From Chrysochromulina tobinii (taxonomy: Eukaryota), in contig JWZX01003281.1 of NCBI GenBank assembly GCA_001275005.1, positions 1-39,443 of the forward strand: DNA of 39,443 bases. The letters run 5' to 3'. Below are positions 38,415 to 39,443 of this stretch, piece by piece. Each line of letters opens with the position of its first letter. Position 1 is the stretch's first letter. Position numbers and translations under genes: made by a program. The notes beneath the pieces are model-generated. The model was not told the DNA's origin, ran no database searches, and saw only the letters and a program-made list of their open reading frames with translations.

Positions 38415-38578
38415 GCGACGAGTCCATGGGCCATCTGCGACGCTTCCATGGGCCATGTGCGACGCTTCCATGGGCCATGTGCGACGGATCCGTGGGCCAC
38501 AGGCGGCTGGCTCCACGAACCGTGTGCGACGGCTCCATGGGCCATGTGCGACGGCTCCATGGGCCACAGGCGGCTGGC
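38415..38578. repeat. Minisatellite: 7 units of 22-23 bp (TCCATGGGCCATGTGCGACG[CG][CT])
   Basis: Units start at 38423, 38445, 38467, 38489, 38512, 38534 and 38556. Units 4 and 7 are a 23-bp variant ending CACAGGCGGCTGGC. Confidence 0.92.
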
Positions 38579-39316
38579 AAGCTGCCGTGCGCCACGACAC
38601 TCACACTGTCGTCTCTCGACGCCGCCGTCGTCACGCGACGGCGGCGTCGAGTGACTTCTTTTGCGTTACCTTCGGGGGGAGCGGGAGCGTCTGCCGACAG
38701 TGCAGAAAAAGCCGGTTGCTCGGTTCGACCTTCATCGGTCATTGTCACAGGTACGCACGCCGCCTCGCTGTCTCGGTCCCACCCCGCCCGAGAGCCTTAC
38801 CCACTTGACTGACACTTGCTCGATCACCCAGACCACCGCCTCCCACCTCGCCTACGCCCCGCCGCCACAGCCGCCACCGCCACCGCTGCTACCGCCGCCA
38901 CCGCTGTTGCCGTCGGGGCCGTCATCGCCGCCCCATACACCGCGCCGTCTCGGGCAGTGGCAGCGGTGGCCTCCACGTGCACTGCCACGCCGCCGCACCA
39001 CAGCCGCCGCCCCTGCTGCCGCCGCCCGGACCGGACGATAACCGGACGATAACCGGGCGAGAGCAGCGATGAAGAGTTTACAGTTTAGCTGAGCGTTCAG
39101 CGTAGTAAGTGTATAGCTGTATACTTGCTCACCATGTTGCTCACTGGCGAGTCCCTCCCGGATTCTCATTCATGTTCATTCATGTAAGGTGCGACGCGAA
39201 ATAATAACTTATAACGAATAATAACTAACCCTAGCATCCTGGTCCGGAAGGCGGCGGCAGCGCGCGCGCGCGCAATGCAACGCCGGGGCGGGGCGGCGGC
39301 CGGGCGAGCGCGGCAT

Positions 39317-39443
39317 GCGCGGGCCGCAGTCCGTGCAGTCGGAGCCGTAGGGGCGATCAGCCTGTTGGAACTCCGAGCCGGGGCCGCCGTCGTCGCAATC
39401 GGCGTCGGACGGCGCCATTCGCACGTCTCGGCGCAGATGGGCG
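39317..39443 (-). pseudogene. Degenerate Cys-rich CDDGGPG-type extracellular module, truncated by the window edge
   Basis: ICAETCEW is in one frame and SDADCDDGGPGSEFQQADRPYGSDCTDCGPR in another. One expected Cys is missing. It could be a pseudogene or low-quality sequence. Confidence 0.45.

Noticed and set aside
38415..38578. CRISPR-like array
   Set aside because: The units are contiguous with no unique spacers, there are no cas genes, and the context is eukaryotic.
38850..39030. Pro-rich/Gly-rich short ORFs
   Set aside because: They come from low-complexity CCG repeats with no supported start, splice structure or domain.
39225..39234. TAACCCTA telomere-like unit
   Set aside because: It is a single copy, not an array.

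Overview
GC-rich, gene-dense eukaryotic DNA with short GT-AG introns. It is probably a haptophyte alga; this is inferred from a CDDGGPG Cys-rich motif, a bipartite-looking plastid leader and the base composition. More than half the window (3585-25404, +) is one apparently intronless gene for a secreted protein of about 7,270 aa, split by a single +1 frameshift near a G5 run at 12874-12878. It has a signal peptide, an FN3 domain and about 41 IPT/TIG repeats. Six L-type (ConA-like) lectin domains and one PAN/apple-like module are nested inside IPT repeats, and there is a 10-aa ELRAAGF repeat block plus acidic Ser-Gly tracts. To its left lie a possible ATM-like fragment at the edge, a coiled-coil protein, a small membrane protein and eIF4E (1-nt frameshift in an A7 run). 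To its right lie a 3-exon BT1 folate/biopterin transporter, an EF-hand-like hypothetical protein, a SET-domain protein, a 2OG-Fe(II) dioxygenase, a 2-exon cyclophilin, a BPHL-like hydrolase, a 2-exon GH3 protein, a spliced 2-repeat Myb factor, a 22-bp minisatellite and a degenerate Cys-rich module at the edge. Introns of unrelated genes share a 10-bp-periodic TCTGAT(T/G)G repeat, and one intron donor has a perfect 13-bp inverted repeat in the next exon. All assignments come from motif recognition by eye; no database searches were run.
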